A stretch of 64,000 nucleotides of DNA from assembly GCA_004431415.1 (NCBI GenBank), contig QPMI01000470.1, forward strand, positions 62,001-126,000, given 5' to 3'. Position 1 is the stretch's first letter; each line of letters begins with the position of its first letter. The notes beneath the pieces are model-generated. The model had not been told where the DNA came from. It did not search any database and saw nothing but the letters and a program-made list of their open reading frames with translations. The stretch comes from Cyanophora paradoxa CCMP329 (taxonomy: Eukaryota > Plantae > Glaucophyta). Positions 48,046 to 57,257 of the stretch are shown in pieces. A program made the translations under genes and the position numbers.

Positions 48046-51000
48046 TTAATTAAAAGGAACAGAATTAATACCATCTGGTAAGATGTATCTCTTTGCATCA
48101 AAGCAGTTTAGGGCAACCCTTCTACTCACAGTGTCTATTATTGTGTGATCTGCCCTTCTCTTCTGCTTTGCAGTCACAGTCTTGCTGATACCTGCAAATA
48201 AACACTGCTTAAAATCATTAAATTGGAGTTCCTCAGTGGAAGTCCCAGATAGCTTACTTCTCTCAATCTCAGCTGTTCTGAAACTGTAAACTTTGGCTCT
48301 CAGACCTACATACTCCAGGATTGCAGAACCTGGCATCTCATTTTTGTATTTACCTGGGGTCATTCTGTTAGATCCCCCTAGGTCCAAGGCATAAGATATA
48401 TTCTCTATATCTTTTGCAATGGTCTTAGATTCGATATATAGACAAAAGGAATCAGTATCATGGAATAGTAACTTGGCTTTGGACCACTGGGACCTTACAG
48501 TATCATAGAAGAACTTGTAGTTATGCAGTTTGGCTGCATCCAAAACATAAGCCCCAATTGCAACAGGCTTATCTAGCTTCACATGCTTTGTGTAAAACTC
48601 AAAGGCAACTGCCCTTTCACTTATGGGACTTGTTGATTTCACTAAAGGAGAGGCTGCATATTTCATAAATAGCTTCTCAGTGTTGGCAATCTTAACCACA
48701 GATCGACCTCTACATGATTCAATGCATTTCCCATAGATTGAATTATTCATGAGCTTATAGAAATCAGCCTCGAATTTATTCACTGCTTTCCTTCTCATCT
48801 CAGTGTTCAGCTCAATATATGATTTCATTACAGGAGCCACAGTGAATGATAGGACCCTGTGGACTTTTCTCAATTTCATCCCTTTGTCCAACAGATACTG
48901 TAGGAGAGGCTCAGAAATCACATAGTTTGTCACAGAACCAAAGGTTGCAGTTAGCTTAGGGGTTTTATCAAGCTCTTCTCCTGAGAGATCCAATAGGTTC
49001 TTTTGATATTGTGATAATTCTGCATATTCTACTATTTTCTTGTTAATAATTAGGGGGAAATCACTGTGATCCAGAAACAGCCTAATTGGGTAATCCAGAT
49101 CAACTTCCAGGAAACTGGATCTGTTATCTTGTGGGTTGAATTCGGTCTCCCATCTAAAATCACCAACTGGAATTGGCTGACTCAAACAGTAGCCATACAA
49201 GTTGTTAGCATCAAACAGCATTATATGGGAGTTCTCACCATCAGCCTCAGCATACCTACAAGGCATTGTTGCAAAGCCACCCCTGATTCCCTTCTCAACA
49301 AATTCGTATTGCTCTACATCACTTATAAGCTCTATTTTTGCCTTGGTGGTCCTAAACATAGCATCCCAAGATAGCCCAGGTGCAGATACATAATGAACTG
49401 GGTCAAGCCCATATACTGAGTGTGAAAGCCTTCTGAAGGCTTGGAATTTGTTCATTAACTCATCTACATCAGCAGCCCCAAAATCCATAAAATTGCTTGC
49501 ATCAATGAACTTGTAAAGACCCCACTGCAATGAAAGGTATTGATCAAAGTTTTTCGAGAGGATTTCGATTCGCTTTTTATCACCCATGCCTGCTATTTTT
49601 CTGAAAATGAATGTCCCACAGTCATCCATTTGGTCAACAACAACTGCAACTTTGGTTTGCTTTGAGATTCTCCTATGGAGATTGCAGTTTCTGCATGCAG
49701 GAGCAATATAATGACCTGTGTGATGATCATGATCCCTGCATTTGAAGTTCTCCTTGGTGAACCTCTCACTGCAAAGGTAACAGTGTTTGGTAGCTCTGTA
49801 AATTGCTTTCTGCTCATCTGTGAGTTCATTCATGGGAATATTGGTAAACAGAAAATCGATCAGTTCTCTTGCTTTGGATTCCAAGCATTCAAAGAGACCT
49901 CCCATTGGATCCTGACCCTCAAATCGAAACTCCTGAACATCTGCCCCAGTGACTATTCTAATGTTGACTGCTGAGACTTCCCTCTTGGATTTCGATGCAT
50001 CTATGGGGATGCTTCTATGTTCAATCTTGCAGTAAACCACAACAGGAAGCCAGACAGTTTTCCTAAGGTTTTTCAGTCCAAACTCTATGGTGGTCTCAGG
50101 CTTAGGAGTGATTCCCTTTGAGAGTCTCCAATCAATGCATCTGTTTGAGTCCACATGAGCAGTGAGTTTAGCCTCAGACCTGAATCGAGATAAACATGTG
50201 TCACAGTAGTGTAACTTTTGATCTTTGGTTTTATCAAGGGCAACTCTGAGAAGTCTTGAAAGGGACATAATAGTTATATAATGCCCATTCCCTTCATCAT
50301 CATGAATGAGCATAAGATTAATCTTTTGCTTTCTACCTGGGTTGCTGGATTGATGTAGGGGATATATAACATCTCGATCCATTCCAAATATGTTTATGCT
50401 GATGCCTGCATTTTGAGATTCGAATTTATCAATGATTTCAGCATCACAGGGAACAGGGAATGAGATGTTATCGAAATTGAGAGCCAGAGGATTATAAGCG
50501 ATTGCTGAGTATTTCCATTTGCGATATTGTGTAAGCTCACTTCTCTTGTGGGAATTCACATCTTTCCTATGGATCCATGCCAAAATGGCATTTTCAAAGC
50601 AAGAATCATCAATATTTCGAATATTCACTGTGGCTCTCTTGGCTGCAATTGATTCTGGTGTTTTAACATAGCAACCACCAGTTGGGGCATAACTCATAAT
50701 AGCAACTCTGAGCATTTCGATTCTCTCCAATCGATAGCTATCAACCACATTCATCTGCTCCTGACACATTTGGGCTGCTTTATTCAGCTCAGTTCGAATA
50801 TTTCTCGATTTGGTTAATACAAAATAATCACTGTAAATGTATTTCGATATCCAAACCTGTGGATTGCTGACTTTAACGAACTTGCAGATAAACGATAAGC
50901 GAACTTTGATTGCCCTGAATTGATCTAGACTGTCTCTTAAACGTTTTGGTAGAGAGGTTGCAATTCTATCTAAATATTCAATCACATCAACAACAACTTC

Positions 51001-51291
51001 CCTTCTGGCTCTGTATGTGAGCCAGCGATATAATTCATTCATTGCTGTACCATCTTCTGCCTCTGGTTCTATTTGCCTTAGGCGATCCAGTTCATCAAGA
51101 GTGTCAACTTTATCATAGAGGTTATTGGCTTTTCTGGTTAATTTTGCTAAAGTGGGTCTCCCCCTTGAAATAAATCCGATTTCCCGGTCATATTCAGCCT
51201 CTGTGATTTCATGGGCTGCATACAGTGTTCCAAGTAATCCCATGAGTTCCCATTTCTTCTCTCTAATGAGTCTGTTGCTAATTCGGGGCAT
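48046..51291 (-). CDS. polB: Protein-primed family B DNA polymerase with N-terminal extension, Zn finger and endonuclease VII-like insertion
   Basis: FDANNLYG (motif A), KLMNNSIYGK (motif B), FHDTDS (motif C), GIRGG, GLRAKVYS; CYLC...RDHDHHTG...ACRNCNL (EndoVII-like); NIDDSCF..AIL and GHY in the N-terminal part. Confidence 0.95.
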   Translation of the reverse strand: MPRISNRLIREKKWELMGLLGTLYAAHEITEAEYDREIGFISRGRPTLAKLTRKANNLYDKVDTLDELDRLRQIEPEAEDGTAMNELYRWLTYRARREVVVDVIEYLDRIATSLPKRLRDSLDQFRAIKVRLSFICKFVKVSNPQVWISKYIYSDYFVLTKSRNIRTELNKAAQMCQEQMNVVDSYRLERIEMLRVAIMSYAPTGGCYVKTPESIAAKRATVNIRNIDDSCFENAILAWIHRKDVNSHKRSELTQYRKWKYSAIAYNPLALNFDNISFPVPCDAEIIDKFESQNAGISINIFGMDRDVIYPLHQSSNPGRKQKINLMLIHDDEGNGHYITIMSLSRLLRVALDKTKDQKLHYCDTCLSRFRSEAKLTAHVDSNRCIDWRLSKGITPKPETTIEFGLKNLRKTVWLPVVVYCKIEHRSIPIDASKSKREVSAVNIRIVTGADVQEFRFEGQDPMGGLFECLESKARELIDFLFTNIPMNELTDEQKAIYRATKHCYLCSERFTKENFKCRDHDHHTGHYIAPACRNCNLHRRISKQTKVAVVVDQMDDCGTFIFRKIAGMGDKKRIEILSKNFDQYLSLQWGLYKFIDASNFMDFGAADVDELMNKFQAFRRLSHSVYGLDPVHYVSAPGLSWDAMFRTTKAKIELISDVEQYEFVEKGIRGGFATMPCRYAEADGENSHIMLFDANNLYGYCLSQPIPVGDFRWETEFNPQDNRSSFLEVDLDYPIRLFLDHSDFPLIINKKIVEYAELSQYQKNLLDLSGEELDKTPKLTATFGSVTNYVISEPLLQYLLDKGMKLRKVHRVLSFTVAPVMKSYIELNTEMRRKAVNKFEADFYKLMNNSIYGKCIESCRGRSVVKIANTEKLFMKYAASPLVKSTSPISERAVAFEFYTKHVKLDKPVAIGAYVLDAAKLHNYKFFYDTVRSQWSKAKLLFHDTDSFCLYIESKTIAKDIENISYALDLGGSNRMTPGKYKNEMPGSAILEYVGLRAKVYSFRTAEIERSKLSGTSTEELQFNDFKQCLFAGISKTVTAKQKRRADHTIIDTVSRRVALNCFDAKRYILPDGINSVPFN

Positions 51292-51403
51292 AGTTCCTAA
51301 CTTGTTCCTACTAAAAGGGGAGGTTTTAAATGGGGATAGTCCGAACGCAAATATACTTAAAGGAATTTTTATATTGTATATATATAGAAGTCAAAAAGCA
51401 AGA

Positions 51404-51721
51404 ATGAATGCGGAAAGTCAAAGAACGCTTAGTATTTCAGCAATCATGAAAAGCATTCGAGAAAGAAATGACACATGTGAAAACTCAGAATATAAACGAA
51501 TTCTATGCAGTCTATGTAAATGTGATGAGACTAGCTATGATCAGTTTGTATGTGATCAATGCTTCAAGACAGTCTGTATAGGATGCATGAAACAGCAAGA
51601 GGAAATAGTCGGGAATACAAAATGCCCATTCTGTAGAAACACATTACAGTATCCAGAGTTCACCTTGTTCAACATTCTGGACTACAATGCATGTGATGTT
51701 GAAACAATTACATTTGGCTGA
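51404..51721 (+). CDS. RING-like zinc-finger protein
   Basis: CSLC...CDQCFKTVCIGC...CPFCR. The likely start is the ATG at 51404, after a TATATA-containing motif. Confidence 0.75.
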   Translation: MNAESQRTLSISAIMKSIRERNDTCENSEYKRILCSLCKCDETSYDQFVCDQCFKTVCIGCMKQQEEIVGNTKCPFCRNTLQYPEFTLFNILDYNACDVETITFG

Positions 51722-51777
51722 GCAACAAAAAATGATTTAAAGAATTCTCTATATATATTAAGAGAGACAGAGGAAAA

Positions 51778-52032
51778 ATGCCACTCAGTGAAGCCCAGAA
51801 GAGAGCTATGAAGAGGTACCAGCAAACTGAAAAAGGTAAGGCTCAAATCAAAAAGTTTAACGAAAAAATAGCCACACAGCTTAGAGATCTATATCAAACC
51901 GATGATACCTATAGAGCCATGAAAATAGCAAGTTCATGTCAGCGAAAGTATGCAGCCAATGCAGTCTGCTTTGTCAAGTATTTGTATGATGTCCCTTACT
52001 CAAACAGAGGGAGAAAATCGAAACATGTTTAA
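51778..52032 (+). CDS. Small basic helical protein
   Basis: 84-aa ORF MPLSEAQKRAMKRYQQTEKGK, with the same upstream motif as its neighbours. Confidence 0.7.
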   Translation: MPLSEAQKRAMKRYQQTEKGKAQIKKFNEKIATQLRDLYQTDDTYRAMKIASSCQRKYAANAVCFVKYLYDVPYSNRGRKSKHV

Positions 52033-52244
52033 ATTATTTTTCCCAGCATATTACTAGGCTGGGATATGCTGTTTATTCGCTGAAATAACCATTCATCCTT
52101 TTTATATCTAAACCACTCGATAAGTCGTGTGGAAATATTTCGTAGGGATACTTTCTCGATTTCCAACAAAAAATGATTGGGGGACCCAAAACTACTTAAA
52201 GAAAAATCTTCTATATATATAAAAGGGACCCCCAATCGCTGAAA

Positions 52245-54572
52245 ATGAACGCCAAACAGACTAAATCGCTCAAATCGCTCGCTAACTGGCTTCGTTCTGA
52301 TGAGGAACTCGCCAAAAACATGATTATCCCAGTGAAACCTGACAGCAAAGACCCTGTTTTCAAGCATAAGGGAGGTGCTTGGTCCTGGGAAAAGTATGAG
52401 GAAGCGCTGGCAACTAATCAGTATGTATCTTGGGGCATTCTGCTCTCAGACAACATGATGGTTATTGACTTTGATGATGAGGAGAACTTTGAGAAATTCC
52501 GGGATATGTTTCCTGATGACTTTGATGCCAATCAGCCCATGGCAAAAACTAAAAAAGGCTATCATGTCTACTTTAAACGACCTGAGGAGTTCACTAAACT
52601 CAAAATCACCGATAAGGCTCCAGGCTTTAAAGGCTTTGAAAAGGTTGACCTGAAAACAATCACTGGAACTGGAACTTCTGGATTGATCAATGTGTGTCCC
52701 AGTGTCAACAAGTCTTGGGTAATCTCCCCATGGGATGATACCTGTGATTTCAATGAGCCTACTGATGACTTCAAAAAGTGGATTATAGATAATTACATCT
52801 ATAAGAGTGAGTATACTGCTAATGCTACCTCATATGATGAACTGGAAAACAATATTATCAAAGAGCTGGTGGATATGGGATTTATGCATCCCAATATAAT
52901 CTCTAAAACTGAACTTGGCTTTAACTTTGATGCTGCTAACAAGGGACTCAATTGCCCATGCTGCAATGGTTCACATGAATCGAATAACTGGTATGTTATG
53001 AAAGCTAAAGGAGATGATAACAAATACATTGTGTCAAGCTACAGTGGAAATTGCAAAAAACGATTCATCTGCATTGGAATGCAATCTGATATCTTTAATC
53101 TTATAGATAAATCCGCTGGTTCTGGTGGCGCTCATTATGATGTGAGTTTAGTATGCAAAGAGGTTCTTAAACACACTTGGAGATACTCCAAAAAGTCATG
53201 GTTCAAACTCAATACTGATACTGGGATTTGGGAGCTTGATGACACAAACCTAAAGATTTACCTAGATATAAGCCGTCTTGTTGTCCCCCAATACCTTGGG
53301 AGGGCTGTGCATTATAGTCAAAGAGCTTTAAAGGATGAGGAAAACAAAGCAACTTTCGAAGAAAAATCCAAAACATTGATGACCATTGCCAAAAATCTTA
53401 AACAATCAGGATTTCGCAAATCCCTTCTGACTGACTTGGTCCCACTGCTGAATGATGATGAATTCTTTGAGAAGATTGACACTGTACCATATGTGATTGG
53501 ATTCGAAAATGGTGTATTTGATCTGACCACTATGACTTTCAGAAAGGGTAAACTTGAAGATATGGTGAGCAAGACTGTGGGTTATGACTATACTGAAAAT
53601 GTAGACCCCAAGAAAATAGAGCATCTCAATCAGATTTATAAAGAGATTGTGGATGATCCAGCAGAGCGAAAGTATCTTCTGGCATCCATTGCAATTGCTC
53701 TCAGTGGATCAACTAAATCCCAGAAGTTCTATATGTGGACTGGTGCTGGTGCTAATGGGAAATCACTTGTTCAGGAATACTGCAAACAAATATCTGGTCG
53801 TTATTACAGCCCTCTCGAAATATCCTATTGGACTAAGCCTAAAAAGAACTCATCAGAGGCTACTCCTGAACTTGCCAAACTCCTTGGAAAGCGACTTGTA
53901 TTCAGTAATGAGGCTGAAGATGGTGATAAACTGCAGATCTCCAAGATTAAGGAGGTCACAGGTGGAAATGAAATGACTGTGAGAGCCTTGTTCAAAGACC
54001 CAGTTATCCTTACCCCAATGTTTCAGGTCTACATTACAACTAATGACAATTTGACTATAAATAAACCAGACTTTGCAATTCAAAGAAGGCTTTCCTATCA
54101 GAGATTCAATAATATATTCAGAGAGAAGCCAGAAGCAGGTCAGAAGAAAGCTGATCCAACTCTGTTCACACTACTTCACAATGATGATGAGTATAAGATG
54201 GCTCACATGAAGATATTACTGGATATGTGGAAGAACAAAGAGGTTGAAGAGATCTTAAGGGATCCCCCTCAATCCATTATTGAACAAGGGATAAACTTTA
54301 TAACTGAAAATGATAAGATTGGTGAATGGCTTCGAGATAATTTCGAGGTTACACATAATGCTAACGACTTTGTTTCCAGTGATATCATTTACAGATCATA
54401 CAAAAGTGTTGATGATAAAGTTGAATGTGTATCTGTTATGAAAAGAGTAAGGGAAATCTTCAATGTTAAATCAGAGGTTAAACGAATTCATGGAACCAGA
54501 GCAAGGGGCTACATTGGACTTCGAAAGATAACAAGGGTTCAAGAAGACAATGGAGAGGATGTTGAATATTAA
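52245..54572 (+). CDS. AEP primase-polymerase fused to a D5-like superfamily 3 helicase
   Basis: VIDFDD and KTKKGYHVYF (AEP motifs), CPCCNGSH Zn site, FENGVFDL (D5_N), GAGANGKS (Walker A), FSNEAE (Walker B), ITTND (motif C), and a winged-helix-like C-terminus ending RGYIGL. Confidence 0.93.
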   Translation: MNAKQTKSLKSLANWLRSDEELAKNMIIPVKPDSKDPVFKHKGGAWSWEKYEEALATNQYVSWGILLSDNMMVIDFDDEENFEKFRDMFPDDFDANQPMAKTKKGYHVYFKRPEEFTKLKITDKAPGFKGFEKVDLKTITGTGTSGLINVCPSVNKSWVISPWDDTCDFNEPTDDFKKWIIDNYIYKSEYTANATSYDELENNIIKELVDMGFMHPNIISKTELGFNFDAANKGLNCPCCNGSHESNNWYVMKAKGDDNKYIVSSYSGNCKKRFICIGMQSDIFNLIDKSAGSGGAHYDVSLVCKEVLKHTWRYSKKSWFKLNTDTGIWELDDTNLKIYLDISRLVVPQYLGRAVHYSQRALKDEENKATFEEKSKTLMTIAKNLKQSGFRKSLLTDLVPLLNDDEFFEKIDTVPYVIGFENGVFDLTTMTFRKGKLEDMVSKTVGYDYTENVDPKKIEHLNQIYKEIVDDPAERKYLLASIAIALSGSTKSQKFYMWTGAGANGKSLVQEYCKQISGRYYSPLEISYWTKPKKNSSEATPELAKLLGKRLVFSNEAEDGDKLQISKIKEVTGGNEMTVRALFKDPVILTPMFQVYITTNDNLTINKPDFAIQRRLSYQRFNNIFREKPEAGQKKADPTLFTLLHNDDEYKMAHMKILLDMWKNKEVEEILRDPPQSIIEQGINFITENDKIGEWLRDNFEVTHNANDFVSSDIIYRSYKSVDDKVECVSVMKRVREIFNVKSEVKRIHGTRARGYIGLRKITRVQEDNGEDVEY

Positions 54573-54625
54573 ACAAAACGATTAATGATTGATTTGTATA
54601 TGTAATTTTTATAGCCTTACTGGAA

Positions 54626-54735
54626 ATGGTGTTGTTCACAGGTGTCACAGGTCCATCCCAGGGAAAGTCAAACATAAAAAATGATTTTGAAAATCGGTGG
54701 GATAGACCTGTGACACCTGTGACACCTGTGACACC
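54626..54735. promoter_or_regulatory. Candidate replication origin: third palindromic iteron array, inverted relative to 45498-45607
   Basis: atggtgttgttcacaggtgtcacaggtccatccca...tgggatagacctgtgacacctgtgacacctgtgacacc starts ~54 bp after the helicase stop. The origin function is inferred. Confidence 0.65.
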
Positions 54736-54802
54736 GATCGAAAAAGACCAAAATTTGACAAGAATACTTAAGGCTTACTTGATTGTGTATAGTGAAGACA
54801 AA

Positions 54803-55024
54803 ATGGCAAAGACTCTTGATGAGATGACCATGCCTGAGTTAGATAAATGCATAAAGCATGGAGATATAGGGGCATATATCGAAATGTCACAGAGATTAAA
54901 AGGTTACAATATGTATGCAACAAAACCAAAGAGAAATAGATCAGTAAACATTCACATAACTGTTTCAGTGTCTGAGAATGCAAACAAAAAACAACAAAAG
55001 CATATTTACAAAAGTTATCTGTGA
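54803..55024 (+). CDS. Small hypothetical viral protein
   Basis: MAKTLDEMTMPELDK; ACTTAAGG motif upstream. The longer annotated ORF merely runs through the iteron array. Confidence 0.5.
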   Translation: MAKTLDEMTMPELDKCIKHGDIGAYIEMSQRLKGYNMYATKPKRNRSVNIHITVSVSENANKKQQKHIYKSYL

Positions 55025-55111
55025 CTTGATTGCAAGTATAAAGCCAATTCCTTTGTATATATTTTTATAGCTGCCTCAGTAGCATACTGAGACCGCTTTT
55101 TCTCAATTATC

Positions 55112-55357
55112 TTATAGACCTGGGGGTCCATTGCTACTTTCAGTTGGCAAATAATATTTAATCGGTCTTCCTCTGGGTCTCTGCTCCTCTTTTTGGGCTT
55201 TTCTGCGATAATAGGATGCCAGGGCTTGCTGCTTTTTATACTCTCTATATTCTGGGTCCTCTCTATATCGTTTCTGCATTGCTAGAATGTGTCTAATGGA
55301 ACCCTCAGTAACAGGTTCATCACTGGTAAACTCGATTAAACTAATAGTATCCTCCAT
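55112..55357 (-). CDS. Small basic protein with AT-hook-like motif
   Basis: RYREDPEYREYKKQQALASYYRRK...RPRGRPIKY. Confidence 0.7.
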   Translation of the reverse strand: MEDTISLIEFTSDEPVTEGSIRHILAMQKRYREDPEYREYKKQQALASYYRRKAQKEEQRPRGRPIKYYLPTESSNGPPGL

Positions 55358-55622
55358 TTATATTCCCAGAGAAAACGTTTTCTGCTGACAGAGAACTTCT
55401 CCTTGGATACTCCTGTTGCTCCTGTTGCTCATATGTATACTCTGTGGGGTCTGCTGGCATTGACTCCACAGAAACTGTAGACCTCCTTCTCTCTCTTGCT
55501 TCTGAGGCATTATCCTCATTATCTGACATCTCAAACTCCACTGTTGTCTCACAACATCCACTGTGGCAATTGCTCACCACATGCAGACTGAACATCTCGA
55601 AGAACTTTCGTATTATGTCCAT
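55341..55622 (-). CDS. Small hypothetical viral protein
   Basis: 93-aa ORF with SNCHSGCC; has the TTATCT upstream motif. Confidence 0.6.
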   Translation of the reverse strand: MDIIRKFFEMFSLHVVSNCHSGCCETTVEFEMSDNEDNASEARERRRSTVSVESMPADPTEYTYEQQEQQEYPRRSSLSAENVFSGNINGGYY

Positions 55623-55644
55623 ATCTCTAATAAAACAGAGATAA

Positions 55645-56379
55645 TTAAAGCCAAACTCGTCTTTTATATACTGCTGGGGCTACTCCCTTTTCTACTTCAG
55701 CTTTGGTGGCACCAGGTTCAATGGTTCCCTTCTGGGTCTTTGTTTTCATTTCATCTACTGCCTGCTCATCAATTTGGTTCTCTTTCTTAGCAATAAACTG
55801 TTTATCTGGGACACCAGTAATACCCATTTTATAGACTTCCTTTCGAAGCATCTCCTTTAGCTTGGCTCTCTCTTTCTTCTCAGTAACATACTGCTCCAAG
55901 GCACTTGATTTGGCTTCCAGATCTTTGAGTTTAGCAGTCATCTCATCCCATTGAGCCTTGGGAATTCGATGAATATTTTGAGTGGGAGCAGTCTTGTATG
56001 TGACTTCACCAGCCATAGACTGAATTACCTTGTCTGATTCCTTACTAAGACCTTCACCTTTGCGAGCCAGTGAAAGATCTTGCAAGCCTAGACCTTTATC
56101 ATCAGCAGCACCAATAATTCGCCTGGCACCCTCAGCAACAGCTTTCATTTTTGAGGCTTCTGGTGAGATGTTGAGTTGGTCACTGGTTGAAGCCTGTGGG
56201 GCTTTGTCATCGACTGATTCCTCATAGGCAGCATTAAGAGGGTCTTCTTCTTGTTGTGAGGGCTTCACCTCATTCATACCATTGAATTTCAGTGGTTCAG
56301 TGTTAATGGATCCATTGTTTCCACCACCTGAATAGCCAACAGCCCCAGCTGGAATCCCTATCTTTCGTTTGGGAGGCAT
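55645..56379 (-). CDS. Hypothetical coiled-coil viral protein (possible core protein)
   Basis: 244-aa intact ORF starting with NLS-like MPPKRK. Confidence 0.75.
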   Translation of the reverse strand: MPPKRKIGIPAGAVGYSGGGNNGSINTEPLKFNGMNEVKPSQQEEDPLNAAYEESVDDKAPQASTSDQLNISPEASKMKAVAEGARRIIGAADDKGLGLQDLSLARKGEGLSKESDKVIQSMAGEVTYKTAPTQNIHRIPKAQWDEMTAKLKDLEAKSSALEQYVTEKKERAKLKEMLRKEVYKMGITGVPDKQFIAKKENQIDEQAVDEMKTKTQKGTIEPGATKAEVEKGVAPAVYKRRVWL

Positions 56380-56407
56380 TGTATCTTTATTAGAATGAGA
56401 GATAATT

Positions 56408-57201
56408 TTATAAACCGCGTTTATATCGCATCAATTTATTGCTATGGACTTGGCTTTTCACATCTTTGGGGGCTTCCTCTTTTTCTGGTGGTTTCAGTTC
56501 ATCCTCTTTCTTTTTTGGCTTCCTGTGGAAGCGAGGAAAATCGAAATCTCCAACTAAATCGGCTTTATCAACATAGTAGCCCACATTATATTTGAAAGAT
56601 GTATAAACGAGGAACTGGTATGAGTGAACATACTCTTCAAACAGTTTATAGAAGTCTTCTTTTCGAGGAAAAGTCGAAAACTCCTCTGCAAATGCTTCCA
56701 GCTCTTTTTGATTGCTTGCACAAACCATAATTACTATATCACTATTGCAGCGAATAACACTTGCGACCTTTCTTAATTTTTGGGAAATAGTTATAATTGA
56801 TATATTGACATGTCTGCCACGAACATAAAGCATTCCCACTGTTTTATCTCGACTGAGATCCAGCTGGTCATTTTCTATCATATCCTCTAAAATCACCAGC
56901 ATATGGTTAAGTTCTTCTCCTTTCTCCCTTTTTGCCTCTCTTTCTTTTATAATTTTCGACATGTATTGGGGATCCCATGCACCCAGTTGAACAGTAGCAG
57001 CTTTGTCCCAAAAATGTGAAAATGAGGTAGCCGATATAATAAGTGTTGTATCAATCTTTTTGGCATCATGCAGCTGTTTCAAATAATATTTTACAGCTTC
57101 AGTTTTTCCGCATCCACTTTTTCCTAGTATGAGTAGTCGAAAAGGGGTTCTATCATTTCACCAGCATTGAATTCCTCCAGTTCAGAACTTGGTATAGGCA
57201 T
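56408..57201 (-). pseudogene. A32/FtsK-like genome-packaging ATPase with a 1-nt frameshift near the 5' end
   Basis: PFRLLILGKSGCGKT (Walker A, ~57105-57147, in the frame of ORF 56408-57082), LVILED (Walker B), RGRHVNISIITISQ, IRCN. The ATG at 57201 is 119 nt from 57082 and therefore out of frame. Confidence 0.85.
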
Positions 57202-57257
57202 TGTGTATCTTTCTATAAAGAAACAGATAAAAATAATGCAAGGTGACTGAATATGGT

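Larger units (their letters stand above)
51355..52220 (+). promoter_or_regulatory. Repeated upstream motif A[CT]TTAAAG-N8/15-TATATATA before three consecutive viral genes
   Basis: At 51355, 51735 and 52194; variant ACTTAAGG at 54766. Confidence 0.65.

Noticed and set aside
54626-54802. N-terminal part of the 132-aa ORF (PVTPVTPVTP)
   Set aside because: It is just the 9-bp iteron array read in frame; the probable start is 54803.
57140-57160. Programmed -1 frameshift in the ATPase
   Set aside because: The CCCCTTTT run is not phased as X XXY YYZ in the upstream frame; mutation or sequencing error is more parsimonious.
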